Shown here: positions 15,593 to 24,967 of the stretch, piece after piece
How positions within the stretch are numbered: position 1 is the stretch's first letter
Layout of the letters: each line of letters begins with the position of its first letter
Sequence record: MN850581.1
Source of the DNA: Escherichia phage sortkaff
DNA length: 42,446 bases
Reading direction: 5' to 3' (one strand)
Notes under the pieces: model-generated
Told to the model about the DNA's origin: nothing
The model's input: the letters and a program-made list of their open reading frames with translations, nothing else
Databases searched by the model: none
Program-made: the position numbers and the translations under genes

Positions 15593-15618
15593 GGCCCCTC
15601 GTGCGGGGCCTTTTTTTT
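15593..15618 (+). terminator. canonical rho-independent terminator oriented for plus-strand transcripts
   Basis: GGCCCC-tcgtgc-GGGGCC followed by T8. The T-tract overlaps the primase stop codon on the opposite strand; no plus-strand gene is evident upstream. Confidence 0.55.
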
Positions 15619-16429
15619 ACCCAAACGCGCCGCAATAGTCAGCGCCCCAGCAAGCCCTCCCCGTCCGCTCGTGCCGATACATCCAGATCTCGTCCGGGTC
15701 AGTCGCCACCATGCGAAGCTCCCGATCGCCCTCATACTCCAGCGCCACCTCGACGGCATTACCCGGCGTAAACGTCAGCCAGACCTCGGCCCCTGTCCGC
15801 GCGGCCACCTTTGCAGCATGGCCGGGATCGGCCACCAGATAAGCCGTCTTGCCCTCGGCGACTGGGTGGATCAGGCCGTAGGATCCCCACGTCGGGCCGC
15901 CTGCTGCAAACGTCACGGAGCGGTCAGGCGCTATCTTCGCCACATTGCAGGGCGATCCCCCCAGCGCACGGAAGCACGGCACATACAGGAAGCCGCCGCG
16001 CATGGTCCCTTTGCTCATGATCAGCTCGACCTCCTCCGGCTTGAGGCTCCAGTCCTCGCGGGGCCGCTGCTGCATGGCTGCGAATTTCTTCGCCTCTTTG
16101 ACGATGGTTTCCCGCTTCTCCGGGGTGAGTCCGCCGATCCAGTCGCCCAGGTCGTTGATCGCCTCGTTGAATGGCTGGTTACGGGAGGCCATAAACCAAA
16201 ACATCCCATCACGCGCGCCGCCACACGAGCCGGAGCAATACGCGAAGCCGTCCCGGCGTTTTTCCTTGTCCTTGTGGCCCCAGCGGAAACGGTCGTTTCC
16301 TCCACATATCGGGCATGGTTGATGCCGCCCCTTGAATATGGCGCGGTCCCAGCCGCACAGCTCGATCAGGACTTGCTCCCATTTGTCCGGCATGGCGGCC
16401 AGTACATCCTCTTTTTTATAAATTGCCAT
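15617..16429 (-). CDS. DNA primase (zinc-ribbon plus TOPRIM-like domain)
   Basis: 270 aa; T7/P4-type primase zinc ribbon CPICGGNDRFRW ... YCSGSCGG; downstream acidic motifs (VAEGKTAYLVADPG, ATDPDE) consistent with TOPRIM; RBS GGAGGA. Confidence 0.7.
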   Translation of the reverse strand: MAIYKKEDVLAAMPDKWEQVLIELCGWDRAIFKGRHQPCPICGGNDRFRWGHKDKEKRRDGFAYCSGSCGGARDGMFWFMASRNQPFNEAINDLGDWIGGLTPEKRETIVKEAKKFAAMQQRPREDWSLKPEEVELIMSKGTMRGGFLYVPCFRALGGSPCNVAKIAPDRSVTFAAGGPTWGSYGLIHPVAEGKTAYLVADPGHAAKVAARTGAEVWLTFTPGNAVEVALEYEGDRELRMVATDPDEIWMYRHERTGRACWGADYCGAFG

Positions 16430-16497
16430 GTTGTCCTCCGGTTAATTCTGCATTACTATAAATCACGCTTTAATGATATTACAAGGAATAAAAAGGC

Positions 16498-18552
16498 ATG
16501 GTAGAGACACTGGAGCGCCAGATAGCGGCGATCGACAAAGACGCCATACTCCGCGCGCTGGGCGACTTGCCCGTGACTCCATACGATCATCAGTTCGTAG
16601 CGTATGAGGCTTGTCAGCAAGCTATCCGCAAATATCCCGGCCCGGTTATTGTGGATGCCGCCGTTTCTGCGGGTAAGACAATCATGATCGCCATGCTGGC
16701 GCGCCGGATCCGCGATCTCGGCTATCCGGCCATGATCCTGTCCCGTCAGGCGGAGATCATCGATCAGGACCATGAGGAGCTGAAAAACTTCCAGGTGTGG
16801 TCCTCGATCTACTGCGCGGGCATCAATAACACGAAGTCGAACAAATTCCCGATCATCGTCGGCTCGGAGGGTACGGTGATCGGCGGCATTAAGCCAGGCG
16901 AAAAGCTGGCGAACTATGCGCCGCTGTTCCTGCTGATCGATGAATGCCATCACGTCAACATAGAGGACCTGATCCGCTCTGAAAATCGCAAGGTCCCGGA
17001 GTACCTGGTGGAGAATGGGGCCTATGTGCTGGACGAGTTCGGCGAAAAGGTTCAGGTAGGGGAGCACGTCGGCGAGACTTACGAAGAAATGATCGAGAGT
17101 GGCCGCGCCGCCTATACGATCATCATTCGCACTTTTCAGGAGCGATGCCGCCGCGTCCACGGTAAGGAGCTGCGGATCATCGGTTACACCGGGACGCCTT
17201 ACCGGGGCTGCGAGTCCATCATCCAGCCGGACCTTAAGGAGCCGGGATTCTGGCGTAAGAAGGTATGCGAGATCTCTACGGAATACCTTGTAAGCGTCGG
17301 CGCTGTCGTCCCGACACGCTTCGGGATCTCCGATCTCCGGTACGACCTGAGCCAGTGGCGATCGACGGGCGAGGAGGGGATCAAGGAGTTTTCCGACGCT
17401 GATATGAAAGCGATGGAAGCCGCGATCCACAAGGACAAAAAGCTAACACAAAAAATCATGGCGGAAGTGTACGCCATCACTGAAAACCGTAACGGGGTGC
17501 TGGTGACGTGCGCCGGGGTCCGCCACTGCAAAGAGGCCGCCGCCGCGCTGCCGGAGGGGACGCCGTTCGCCATCATCACGGAGGACACGACGCCGCGCAA
17601 ACGCCGCGAGATCCTCAAAGATGCCAATACGGGCAAAATAAAATTCATCTTCCAGGTTAACGCGCTCACGACGGGCGTCAACGTGCCTTTCTGGGACACG
17701 TCGGTGATCCTGCGTAAGATTGGCTCCCTCACCCTGTTAACCCAGCTCTTAGGCCGTGGTATGCGTATTCTTAAGCCGTTCCATCTGGCCGCCGGGTACA
17801 CGAAAGAGGATCACCTGGTACTCGACTACGCCGGGACGCTCGACGAGCTGGGATCGTTGTACTTCTCCCCGCTGCTGGAGGCTTACCAGCATAACGCCGA
17901 CGAGAGCAAGGGTAAGCTGGTTCAGCGCTGCCCGAAATGTTACGCGGCTGGCCGCACGGTCATGAATGGCGAACATGCCCGCCGTTGCCGCTGGGTGGAT
18001 CCTGATACGAAAATCCGATGTGACCACTTTTTCACGTTCATAACCTGCGACGACTGGAAGGACTCCAGCGGGAAGATCGTCACGCAAAAAGGCTGCGGCG
18101 CGAAAAATGACATTGTGGCCCGCATCTGCCGCTGCTGCGGTAATAGCCTTGTGGATCCGAATGAAAAGCTATCACACACGGCATACAGCAAAGATGATTA
18201 TTGCACGGTCCGCGATTTCAGGATCGAGCCAGCGCGAGGCCGTAATGGCAACGATACGGGCGGCGTGGCTTTCCGGTACGTTCTGGAGCGTGACGGCGTG
18301 GAGTTTATCGCGTGGCAAGTGTTCTGGCCGGGTAGCGATTCCCCCCAGGCGCGCAAGGAGTGGCTACATAACGCGGTCAATAAGCACGTACTGGACGGAA
18401 GCATGAGAAAACAGATCAAGGAGTGCCGGACGGTCGGCGCTGTCATGAGTTACGCCGGGTACTTTATGCGCCCGCTCAAAGTGACTCACCGCAAGATCGG
18501 CAAGGGTAAAGACGTTATTTCGAACAAAATTTTTCTGAATGAGGACTTTTAA
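16498..18552 (+). CDS. superfamily-2 DNA helicase (DEAH-box) with C-terminal Cys-rich zinc-finger-like region
   Basis: 684 aa; Walker A DAAVSAGKT, DEAH box LLIDECHH, C-terminal CPKC ... C ... CRCC cluster. Confidence 0.8.
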   Translation: MVETLERQIAAIDKDAILRALGDLPVTPYDHQFVAYEACQQAIRKYPGPVIVDAAVSAGKTIMIAMLARRIRDLGYPAMILSRQAEIIDQDHEELKNFQVWSSIYCAGINNTKSNKFPIIVGSEGTVIGGIKPGEKLANYAPLFLLIDECHHVNIEDLIRSENRKVPEYLVENGAYVLDEFGEKVQVGEHVGETYEEMIESGRAAYTIIIRTFQERCRRVHGKELRIIGYTGTPYRGCESIIQPDLKEPGFWRKKVCEISTEYLVSVGAVVPTRFGISDLRYDLSQWRSTGEEGIKEFSDADMKAMEAAIHKDKKLTQKIMAEVYAITENRNGVLVTCAGVRHCKEAAAALPEGTPFAIITEDTTPRKRREILKDANTGKIKFIFQVNALTTGVNVPFWDTSVILRKIGSLTLLTQLLGRGMRILKPFHLAAGYTKEDHLVLDYAGTLDELGSLYFSPLLEAYQHNADESKGKLVQRCPKCYAAGRTVMNGEHARRCRWVDPDTKIRCDHFFTFITCDDWKDSSGKIVTQKGCGAKNDIVARICRCCGNSLVDPNEKLSHTAYSKDDYCTVRDFRIEPARGRNGNDTGGVAFRYVLERDGVEFIAWQVFWPGSDSPQARKEWLHNAVNKHVLDGSMRKQIKECRTVGAVMSYAGYFMRPLKVTHRKIGKGKDVISNKIFLNEDF

Positions 18553-18999
18553 ATGTACCTGTTAACCCGTGGAAATGTGACGATCGACGTAAACGAGGGC
18601 AAGGACTGGCTGGAATTTACCCGCCGCCATAATCTGCCGCTCTGCCCGCTGGAGGCGGTGGAGCAAAAGGAAACTAACACTTACTTGCGCTACTTCCACC
18701 CTGAGATCCTGGCGTTCCATCCGGTCAACGAATCGGGGGCCGCTGGTGATGAAAAGTACGGCGCGGAGCTGAAAAAACGCGGACGCCTCACCGGGATCTC
18801 CGACTGGGTGATCCTGGAGCCACGGGGCGGCCACCCCTACGCCCTGATCGAGCTTAAGCGAAACCTTAAGAGCAAGAGCCGATTAACGCCGGACCAGAAA
18901 GAGGTCTTGCTGGCGGCCAAAAAGCGCGGCGCGTGGACTGCGGTCGCGTGGGGTTGTGACGCTTTCGAGGCGGCGCTGGAAATGTATCTTGCTTTGTAG
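18553..18999 (+). CDS. VRR-NUC domain nuclease
   Basis: 148 aa; PD-(D/E)XK-type motif ISDWVILEP ... ALIELKR characteristic of VRR-NUC; immediately downstream of the helicase; RBS GAGGA. Confidence 0.7.
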   Translation: MYLLTRGNVTIDVNEGKDWLEFTRRHNLPLCPLEAVEQKETNTYLRYFHPEILAFHPVNESGAAGDEKYGAELKKRGRLTGISDWVILEPRGGHPYALIELKRNLKSKSRLTPDQKEVLLAAKKRGAWTAVAWGCDAFEAALEMYLAL

Positions 19000-19028
19000 T
19001 TGCGAACATCACGAAAGCATGATATAAA
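19000..19028 (+). promoter_or_regulatory. sigma70-like promoter (-35 TTGCGA, 17-bp spacer, -10 TATAAA) with ATCACGA in the spacer
   Basis: TTGCGA-acATCACGAaagcatga-TATAAA upstream of the exonuclease gene. Confidence 0.45.
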
Positions 19029-19060
19029 ATAAGCCTACCCACCACGAAAGAGACGAGACG

Positions 19061-20107
19061 ATGGAACTACAAACAAACGGCCTGATCCCTGAGCTGCCGA
19101 CGATGGAAGTTTACGGATCGATGTTTATCGACGCCCGCGCGGCGGAGGACCTGAGTAACGAAGCCTATCACGAGGACGAGATCTATATTACCGGGTCGAG
19201 CCTCTGGACTATCTTTAGCCAGTGTCCGGCGGCGTGGCGTTTCCAGAAAGCACAGGAGGACAAGGCCAAAAAACTTAACTCCGCCCAGAAGCCGCTCACG
19301 TTCGGGACCACTTCCCACACGATGTTACTTGAGCCGGACCGCTTCCAGCGCGAGTTTTACCGCCTGCCTAACCCGGACGACTTCCCGGAGCTGATTACCT
19401 CTATGGCGAAGATGCAAGCCTGGTTAAAGGAGCGCGGCCAGAAGGGCTACTCCAACAAAACGGCGGAGGAGCTGATCGCGATGTGTCGCCAGATCCAGCA
19501 ACCGGACGAAGTGCTAAACATCTGGCACGAGATCGAGGCAAACGCCATCAAAGAGGCGAACGGTCGCGAGATCGTCCCGGCGAAGGACTGGGACCGCGTT
19601 CACTCTATGCGCGACGTGCTGCTGGCTAACCACAATTACCGCCGGATCATTGAGACGGGGATCCCGGAGCTGTCCATCTTCTGCATTATCGACGGCGTTC
19701 CCGTTAAGGTGCGTCTGGACCGCGTAACGGACCTCGGCGAGATCATCGACTACAAAACCACGCAAAGCGCGGAGCCGGAGCGCTTCGGTCGTCTGGCTCA
19801 CGATCTGGGCTACTGGTGCAAGATGGCGTTACAGCATGACTGCTTCCAGCTCTGCTACCAGCAAAACCCGACCGGGACGAAGTTACTTGTACAGGAGAAG
19901 GACGAGCCGTGGCTGGCGCTCATGAATCGCCTTACGCCTGAGCAATTGATGATCGGGCGCGGCCAGTACAAGACGGCGCTCCAGCTCTTTAAACAGTGCC
20001 GCGATCTGGATATCTGGCCCGCATACGCGAACGGCCAGGAGGAGATCGACCTCCGCACTCCGATTTATTTACAGCAACGTTACAAAGAATATTTTAAGGA
20101 GATCTAA
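19061..20107 (+). CDS. PD-(D/E)XK recombination exonuclease (RecB/YqaJ-like fold)
   Basis: 348 aa; motif LDRVTDLGEIIDYKTT (D ... DYK) typical of RecB-family nucleases; sits directly upstream of the ERF annealing protein. Confidence 0.7.
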   Translation: MELQTNGLIPELPTMEVYGSMFIDARAAEDLSNEAYHEDEIYITGSSLWTIFSQCPAAWRFQKAQEDKAKKLNSAQKPLTFGTTSHTMLLEPDRFQREFYRLPNPDDFPELITSMAKMQAWLKERGQKGYSNKTAEELIAMCRQIQQPDEVLNIWHEIEANAIKEANGREIVPAKDWDRVHSMRDVLLANHNYRRIIETGIPELSIFCIIDGVPVKVRLDRVTDLGEIIDYKTTQSAEPERFGRLAHDLGYWCKMALQHDCFQLCYQQNPTGTKLLVQEKDEPWLALMNRLTPEQLMIGRGQYKTALQLFKQCRDLDIWPAYANGQEEIDLRTPIYLQQRYKEYFKEI

Positions 20108-20833
20108 ATGGAAAACATCATCCAGTTTTCGGCCACTCGTGGCGAGTTTATGAAAGCGTTTTTTGCCGCCCGGAAGAACATCGGCACGATCTCCAAAACG
20201 CGCAAAAACGATCACTTAAAATCGACTTACGCCAACCTGTCGGACTACCTGGACGCCATCGACTCCGCGATCGAGGAGCAAGGCTTGATGGTGATCCAGT
20301 CTCCGGGCGCGTTTACCGCTGCGGGCGATATGCCGATGGAAACCAGGATCGAGCATGTCGAATCGGGCGAGTTTATGGTGGCGCTCATGGAGATCCACGT
20401 CGATCGTAAAAACGCCCAGGGCGACGGCTCCGCGATTTCCTACGCCCGCCGCTACCACATCGGCGCGCTGTTCGGTCTGACTGCCGACGACGACGACGGC
20501 CACGGCGCTAAACGCAAGTTTGCCGACTACAAAAAAGAGTTTGACCTGATCGAAGATATTACCGAACTGAAAAAAGAGGCCCGCGTGGCGTTCATGTACC
20601 TGAAAGGCCAGGAGACGGAGCAAAACCTGATCCACGAGTACGTCGCGAAGCGTGAAGCCAAAGCGGCGGCCTCTACTGCGGTCGGTTTCAATCCGGCGGC
20701 CCCGGTTGCTCGTCGTGGTCAGAAGCCGCAAAATGCGCAAGCCCCGGTACAGGGGCAGACGCCGGAGCCGGAAACGAAAGAGGCCCCTGCTCCGGTACAG
20801 GACGACAAAAAACCGAATCTTGAGGACTTCTAA
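20108..20833 (+). CDS. erf: ERF-family single-strand annealing protein
   Basis: 241 aa; similarity to P22 Erf recalled from memory ([14 protein letters not shown] and [15 protein letters not shown] versus P22 SSYARKYCLNGLFG); RBS AAGGAG. Confidence 0.8.
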   Translation: MENIIQFSATRGEFMKAFFAARKNIGTISKTRKNDHLKSTYANLSDYLDAIDSAIEEQGLMVIQSPGAFTAAGDMPMETRIEHVESGEFMVALMEIHVDRKNAQGDGSAISYARRYHIGALFGLTADDDDGHGAKRKFADYKKEFDLIEDITELKKEARVAFMYLKGQETEQNLIHEYVAKREAKAAASTAVGFNPAAPVARRGQKPQNAQAPVQGQTPEPETKEAPAPVQDDKKPNLEDF

Positions 20834-20835
20834 AC

Positions 20836-21384
20836 ATGGCATCACGCGGCGTAAATAAGGTGATTCTGGTCGGCAATCTGGGACAGGATCCCGAAGTAAG
20901 ATATATGCCGTCGGGCGGGGCGGTCGCGAACATCACGATCGCCACCTCTGAGTCTTGGCGCGATAAGCAGACCGGGGAGCAAAAGGAGCAAACGGAATGG
21001 CATCGCGTGGTGCTGTTCGGCAAGCTGGCGGAGATCGCCGGGGAGTACCTCAAAAAAGGCTCGCAGGTCTACATTGAGGGCCAGCTTAGGACGCGCAAAT
21101 GGACAGACCAGCAAGGCGTCGAGAAGTACACGACGGAGGTCGTCGTGAACGTTGGCGGCACTATGCAAATGCTGGGTAGCCGGGGCGGGAATGATGGCGG
21201 CCAGTCTGGGGGGAACGGTGGCGGGCGTCAGTATTCCGGCCAGACCTCCGGCGGGAATGGCAATTCTCGCAATTCTCCGGGCCGTGGCGGGGCGCAAACG
21301 CAAAAAGGAGGGGGTAGTAGCCAAAATGCGGGACAAGGCGCTGGAGAGCCTCCTATGGACTTCGACGATGATATCCCGTTTTAA
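20836..21384 (+). CDS. ssb: single-stranded DNA-binding protein
   Basis: 182 aa; classic SSB OB-fold N-terminus ([43 protein letters not shown]...[12 protein letters not shown]), Gly/Gln-rich linker and acidic tail DFDDDIPF. Confidence 0.95.
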   Translation: MASRGVNKVILVGNLGQDPEVRYMPSGGAVANITIATSESWRDKQTGEQKEQTEWHRVVLFGKLAEIAGEYLKKGSQVYIEGQLRTRKWTDQQGVEKYTTEVVVNVGGTMQMLGSRGGNDGGQSGGNGGGRQYSGQTSGGNGNSRNSPGRGGAQTQKGGGSSQNAGQGAGEPPMDFDDDIPF

Positions 21385-21427
21385 CTCACTGGCCCCTCCG
21401 GGGGCCTGATCCTCCCAGGGGTCGAAG

Positions 21428-21868
21428 ATGAAACAATGTACAATCTGCAAAGAGCTTAAGCCGCTGGAGGCGTTCCACAGAAACCGGAGCAAAAAGGACG
21501 GGCGTGACTGCCGCTGTAGCGCCTGCAAAAACGCGAAGGGCCGGAGCTACTACCACGCCGATCCAGTGCGCAAAGAGAAGATCATCGCCAGCGTAAAGGC
21601 ATACCAGGCCGGACCGGGACGCGAGCTGGCAAACGCCACAAAGTCGGCATACCACACGCGACACGCCAAAAAGCGGCGCGCTCATAATCTGGTCTATAAC
21701 GCGTTAAGGCGCGGGGACCTCGTGAAAAGCCCGTGTGAGTGTTGCGGGGAGTTAAAGGTGGTAGGGCATCACGACGACTACGATCGCCCGTTAGACGTGC
21801 GCTGGCTTTGCGAGAGGCATCACAAGGAATGGCATCGGCTCCACGGGGAAGCCTTAAATCCCGATTGA
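21428..21868 (+). CDS. HNH endonuclease
   Basis: 146 aa; N-terminal CTIC ... CRCSAC zinc knuckle and C-terminal HNH core CECCG ... HH ... N ... WLCERHH. Confidence 0.7.
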   Translation: MKQCTICKELKPLEAFHRNRSKKDGRDCRCSACKNAKGRSYYHADPVRKEKIIASVKAYQAGPGRELANATKSAYHTRHAKKRRAHNLVYNALRRGDLVKSPCECCGELKVVGHHDDYDRPLDVRWLCERHHKEWHRLHGEALNPD

Positions 21869-21893
21869 CGTAAATCACTAACTAATTAATAAT
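21865..21893 (+). promoter_or_regulatory. sigma70-like promoter (-35 TTGACG, 17-bp spacer, -10 AATAAT) with AATCAC repeats
   Basis: TTGACG-taaATCACtaactaatt-AATAAT-cACGGAG; upstream of the XRE regulator gene; ATCACG spans the -10/+1 junction. Confidence 0.4.
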
Positions 21894-21910
21894 CACGGAG
21901 ACGTTAACAA

Positions 21911-22138
21911 ATGTTGGAGCCTATGATGGCACAGAAACTTAAGCCCGTTTGCCTCGTGAAAGAAGTCCGCGAGGCGAAGGGCGTAAAACAGAAAGATTTA
22001 GCGGACGCGACGGGCATCCTCCAGCAACGTTTAAGCTGCTATGAGAACGGCCACGAGCTGCCGTCTGTAACTAACCTCTGCCGCCTGGCTATGGCGTTGG
22101 ATGTTTCCATTAACGATCTGATCGAGTACGGGGTGTAA
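21911..22138 (+). CDS. XRE-family helix-turn-helix transcriptional regulator (Cro/CI-type)
   Basis: 75-aa ORF; HTH signature QKDLADATGILQQRLSCYENG; most likely start is the ATG at 21926 (GGAG 6 nt upstream). Confidence 0.7.
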   Translation: MLEPMMAQKLKPVCLVKEVREAKGVKQKDLADATGILQQRLSCYENGHELPSVTNLCRLAMALDVSINDLIEYGV

Positions 22139-22139
22139 A

Positions 22140-22514
22140 TTGAGCGATATCGACGGCATCAAAACGATCGAGGCGATTGTGGACATTATCGCCCGCACTT
22201 TCCACGAGGCTAATCGCGCCTATTGCCAGGCACTGGGCGACGATAGTCAAAAGAGCTGGGACGAGGCCCCGGAGTGGCAGCGGGAGAGCGCCCGTAACGG
22301 CGTACTGTTCCACCTTAACGGCGATCACGGCCCGGAAGCCAGTCACGAGTCCTGGCTGGCTGAGAAGCGCGCACAGGGCTGGAAATATGGCCCGGTTAAG
22401 GATGCCGAAGCGAAAGAGCATCCTTGCTTTGTGCCTTATAGCGAGCTGCCGCCGGAGCAAAAAGCGAAAGATTACATTTTCCGCGCGATCGTCCACGCGC
22501 TCGGCAAAGCGTAA
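22140..22514 (+). CDS. hypothetical protein, RyR-domain-like
   Basis: 124 aa, apparent TTG start; motifs SHESWLAEKRAQGWKYGPVKD and HPCFVPYSELPPEQKAKD recalled as typical of phage RyR-domain proteins. Confidence 0.55.
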   Translation: MSDIDGIKTIEAIVDIIARTFHEANRAYCQALGDDSQKSWDEAPEWQRESARNGVLFHLNGDHGPEASHESWLAEKRAQGWKYGPVKDAEAKEHPCFVPYSELPPEQKAKDYIFRAIVHALGKA

Positions 22515-22538
22515 TTGTTAAATCGGTATCGAGAGAAA

Positions 22539-22562
22539 GGGGCCTGAGCGGCCCCTTTTTTA
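22539..22562. terminator. bidirectional rho-independent terminator between convergent replication and tail operons
   Basis: GGGGCC-tgagc-GGCCCC followed by T6 on plus; U-rich after the hairpin on minus. Confidence 0.75.
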
Positions 22563-22565
22563 TGG

Positions 22566-24929
22566 CTACGGCCCGGAGGTGATACGCGGGCGCGTTACGA
22601 TCTGCTTGTACATCCTGATCTGAGTCTCCGCCGGGACCGCCGTCTGGATAGGGTCGGCAATGTCCACAACGATCGGCTTGCCCGTATCGTCCGGCGGCGT
22701 CTGGTACGGAGGGCGGACGACCGTCGTAACGAGGTCAGCGCCACCAGCGCCAGCGCCGGGGATAACGATCCGCGTACCGGGGGACAGCATCGTGGTATAG
22801 AGCCACGGGGATCCGGTACTCGTGCCGTTAGGCGTCAGCCATTGGGTGATCGACTTCTGGCCGACACTGGCGGCGAGGATCTTCGCCTGGTTCCCGGTCG
22901 GGAAGTACGCGCCAGCCTCGACGACCAGATAAGGCTTAAGCCCTACGATCCCATTAGGACCGCCCGCCGGGTCGTTGCTGCCATAGTCATAAGTCCAGAC
23001 CAGATCGCCCCGGTCAAACTCGCGGCCACACGGGAAGAAATTACCGTACCCGCCGTGGGAGGTGATATCAGGGAAAAACTGCTTAGACACTCCCCCCAGC
23101 ATGGCCCCCAGAGAGCCGTCAATATTGACGTACATCCGGGCCTCGACGTTACAGTTAATCATGTTGATATTGCTGTAACGGCATTTGCTCCACGCCTGCG
23201 TTACCGGGTTCAGGCTGTTCACGTTCATCATGTTCAGCACGGACTTAGTACGAATGTACTGGCCGGAGGAGGTGGTCCCGCCTGCGGAGTCGTCGCCGAT
23301 CGCGTCCAGCTCCCAGAAATTCACGTTAAACATGTCGAGCTGAGTCGCCACGCCGAAGATCGTCAGCTTATAGCAGTCGATGTTTTCCAGCTTAACGCGG
23401 TTGTCGTGCGGCGCACGGTTGACGCCTGCGGTCGGGTCGCCGGGGTCGGCTGCTACCGGGCAGTAAACGCGGCCAGTTTTCGTCTTAACGTTGCGGATCG
23501 TGTAGTTGCGCGGCGCGGACTGGCGAGGCGGCCCCCATTCCATATGGATGATTCGCAGATCGTGGACGTCGGTCGTCGCGTTGCCGACGGGTTCCCCGGT
23601 CACGCCGTCGATCACGAAGTCTTTACAGCCAGACGTGTAGATCCCGGCGGTGGTGATACCAGTCCCCACGGACTTGTTAACGTCAGGGTTTACGCAAACA
23701 TTCTCGATCACGAAGTCGCGGCCCATTTCAACGTGAATACACTGTTTACACGCATTAACAAGGACGTTACGGATCGTGAAGTTGCGCGCGTAGTTTTCAT
23801 CAGGCAGATCCCAGCCGTAAGGGCCTTTGCCCGCCACGCCGATCCCCAGCCCCCAGTTAGACGCAAAGCTGCCGGGGTTAATCCCGTCGATGTTGTCGAG
23901 GAGGATATTTTCGATCACGCATCCATCCTGGAAACACTGGTGGACCACGTTAAGCTCGATCCCGTCGCCCTGCATGTTGACGAAAGCGAGGTTGCGGAAG
24001 ATGCCGCGCGACATAAACGCATTCCCGCCCTGGTGAATGATGCCGTTATAGCCGTTGGTAAACAGACAACCGTCGATCTCGATCGTTCCCCAGATCTGCG
24101 GGCCGCCGGATTGTACGCCCTGGATGTTGATATGGCTGTTATTGCTGCCGCCGGGGATCCCGTCGTACCAGCAATCGAACATCCTCACGTCGCCGCCGTC
24201 ATGGCGCATACGGTGGCCGTTACGGCCATTAACGCCGCGTAGGGTGGTATTCTGACACCACATCGAACGACCGCGCCACGTACCGCCGATAACCTCGCAA
24301 TTCACGAAGCGGGGATCGTTGCCAGTCAGCGTCCAGTCGCCGCCGAAAATGCGAATATTGGAGGCAGTCAGGATCCCGTTAGTGGTCCCTTTCCAGCCGT
24401 CCGCCCGGACGTCGAGGCCGTTCGCGCTGGCGTAGTCAAACATGGCCTGTAAAGCTGCCGTTACAGTTGCGTAAGGTGCTTTGCCGACGAAGTTCCACGG
24501 CGTCACATAGCCGTTTAGCTGCTCCTGCACATTGCCGACGGGCGTCCCGACGTACTTCGCCCCGTTCTGGGACAGAAGCAAATTCCACATCTGGACGGGA
24601 TCATATTTAAAGAGATTGGAAAAGGTGAAGATCACGACGTCGTTTTGGTCTGCGACGACCATAGACGACTCAATTTTGGTGATCAGCTTGACCACTTGAC
24701 CATTCCAGACCGGGAAGCCTGCGACGTTCGTCCGCACGGGTTGCGGGATAGGCGTCAGGGTCCCGTCCTCGTTCTCGACGTAGACCTGGACCTGGTTCGC
24801 CGGGTTAGTGGGATCCGTGTCAGCCTTTCCCGCGTAGATCTTCCCGTTCGCCAGCGCGGCGAAACGGTCGTTGCGAAAGAAAGGTTGCGACGGCATTCCC
24901 AGATTGGAAAAGACCTCAAGATCTGCCAT
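22566..24929 (-). CDS. tailspike protein with P22 gp9-type N-terminal head-binding domain and right-handed beta-helix-like receptor-binding domain
   Basis: 787 aa; N-terminal about 110 aa align with P22 tailspike recalled from memory (FAALANGKIYAGKADTDPTNPANQVQVYVENEDG ... NGQVVKLI versus [34 protein letters not shown] ... NGQLVKIV); the rest is divergent, Gly/Asn-rich and repetitive. Confidence 0.85.
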   Translation of the reverse strand: MADLEVFSNLGMPSQPFFRNDRFAALANGKIYAGKADTDPTNPANQVQVYVENEDGTLTPIPQPVRTNVAGFPVWNGQVVKLITKIESSMVVADQNDVVIFTFSNLFKYDPVQMWNLLLSQNGAKYVGTPVGNVQEQLNGYVTPWNFVGKAPYATVTAALQAMFDYASANGLDVRADGWKGTTNGILTASNIRIFGGDWTLTGNDPRFVNCEVIGGTWRGRSMWCQNTTLRGVNGRNGHRMRHDGGDVRMFDCWYDGIPGGSNNSHINIQGVQSGGPQIWGTIEIDGCLFTNGYNGIIHQGGNAFMSRGIFRNLAFVNMQGDGIELNVVHQCFQDGCVIENILLDNIDGINPGSFASNWGLGIGVAGKGPYGWDLPDENYARNFTIRNVLVNACKQCIHVEMGRDFVIENVCVNPDVNKSVGTGITTAGIYTSGCKDFVIDGVTGEPVGNATTDVHDLRIIHMEWGPPRQSAPRNYTIRNVKTKTGRVYCPVAADPGDPTAGVNRAPHDNRVKLENIDCYKLTIFGVATQLDMFNVNFWELDAIGDDSAGGTTSSGQYIRTKSVLNMMNVNSLNPVTQAWSKCRYSNINMINCNVEARMYVNIDGSLGAMLGGVSKQFFPDITSHGGYGNFFPCGREFDRGDLVWTYDYGSNDPAGGPNGIVGLKPYLVVEAGAYFPTGNQAKILAASVGQKSITQWLTPNGTSTGSPWLYTTMLSPGTRIVIPGAGAGGADLVTTVVRPPYQTPPDDTGKPIVVDIADPIQTAVPAETQIRMYKQIVTRPRITSGP

Positions 24930-24967
24930 TTATCGCTCCATTAGAAAGGGGGCTTGCGCCCCCGTTG

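Noticed and set aside
22842-24242. Long antisense ORFs opposite real genes (for example 22842..24242 plus, 16456..17430 minus, 33589..34782 plus, 38482..39336 plus, 1039..2007 plus)
   Set aside because: They lie wholly inside strongly supported genes on the other strand, have no RBS or recognisable motifs, and are rich in Arg/Ala/Gly as expected for stop-poor frames in GC-rich DNA.
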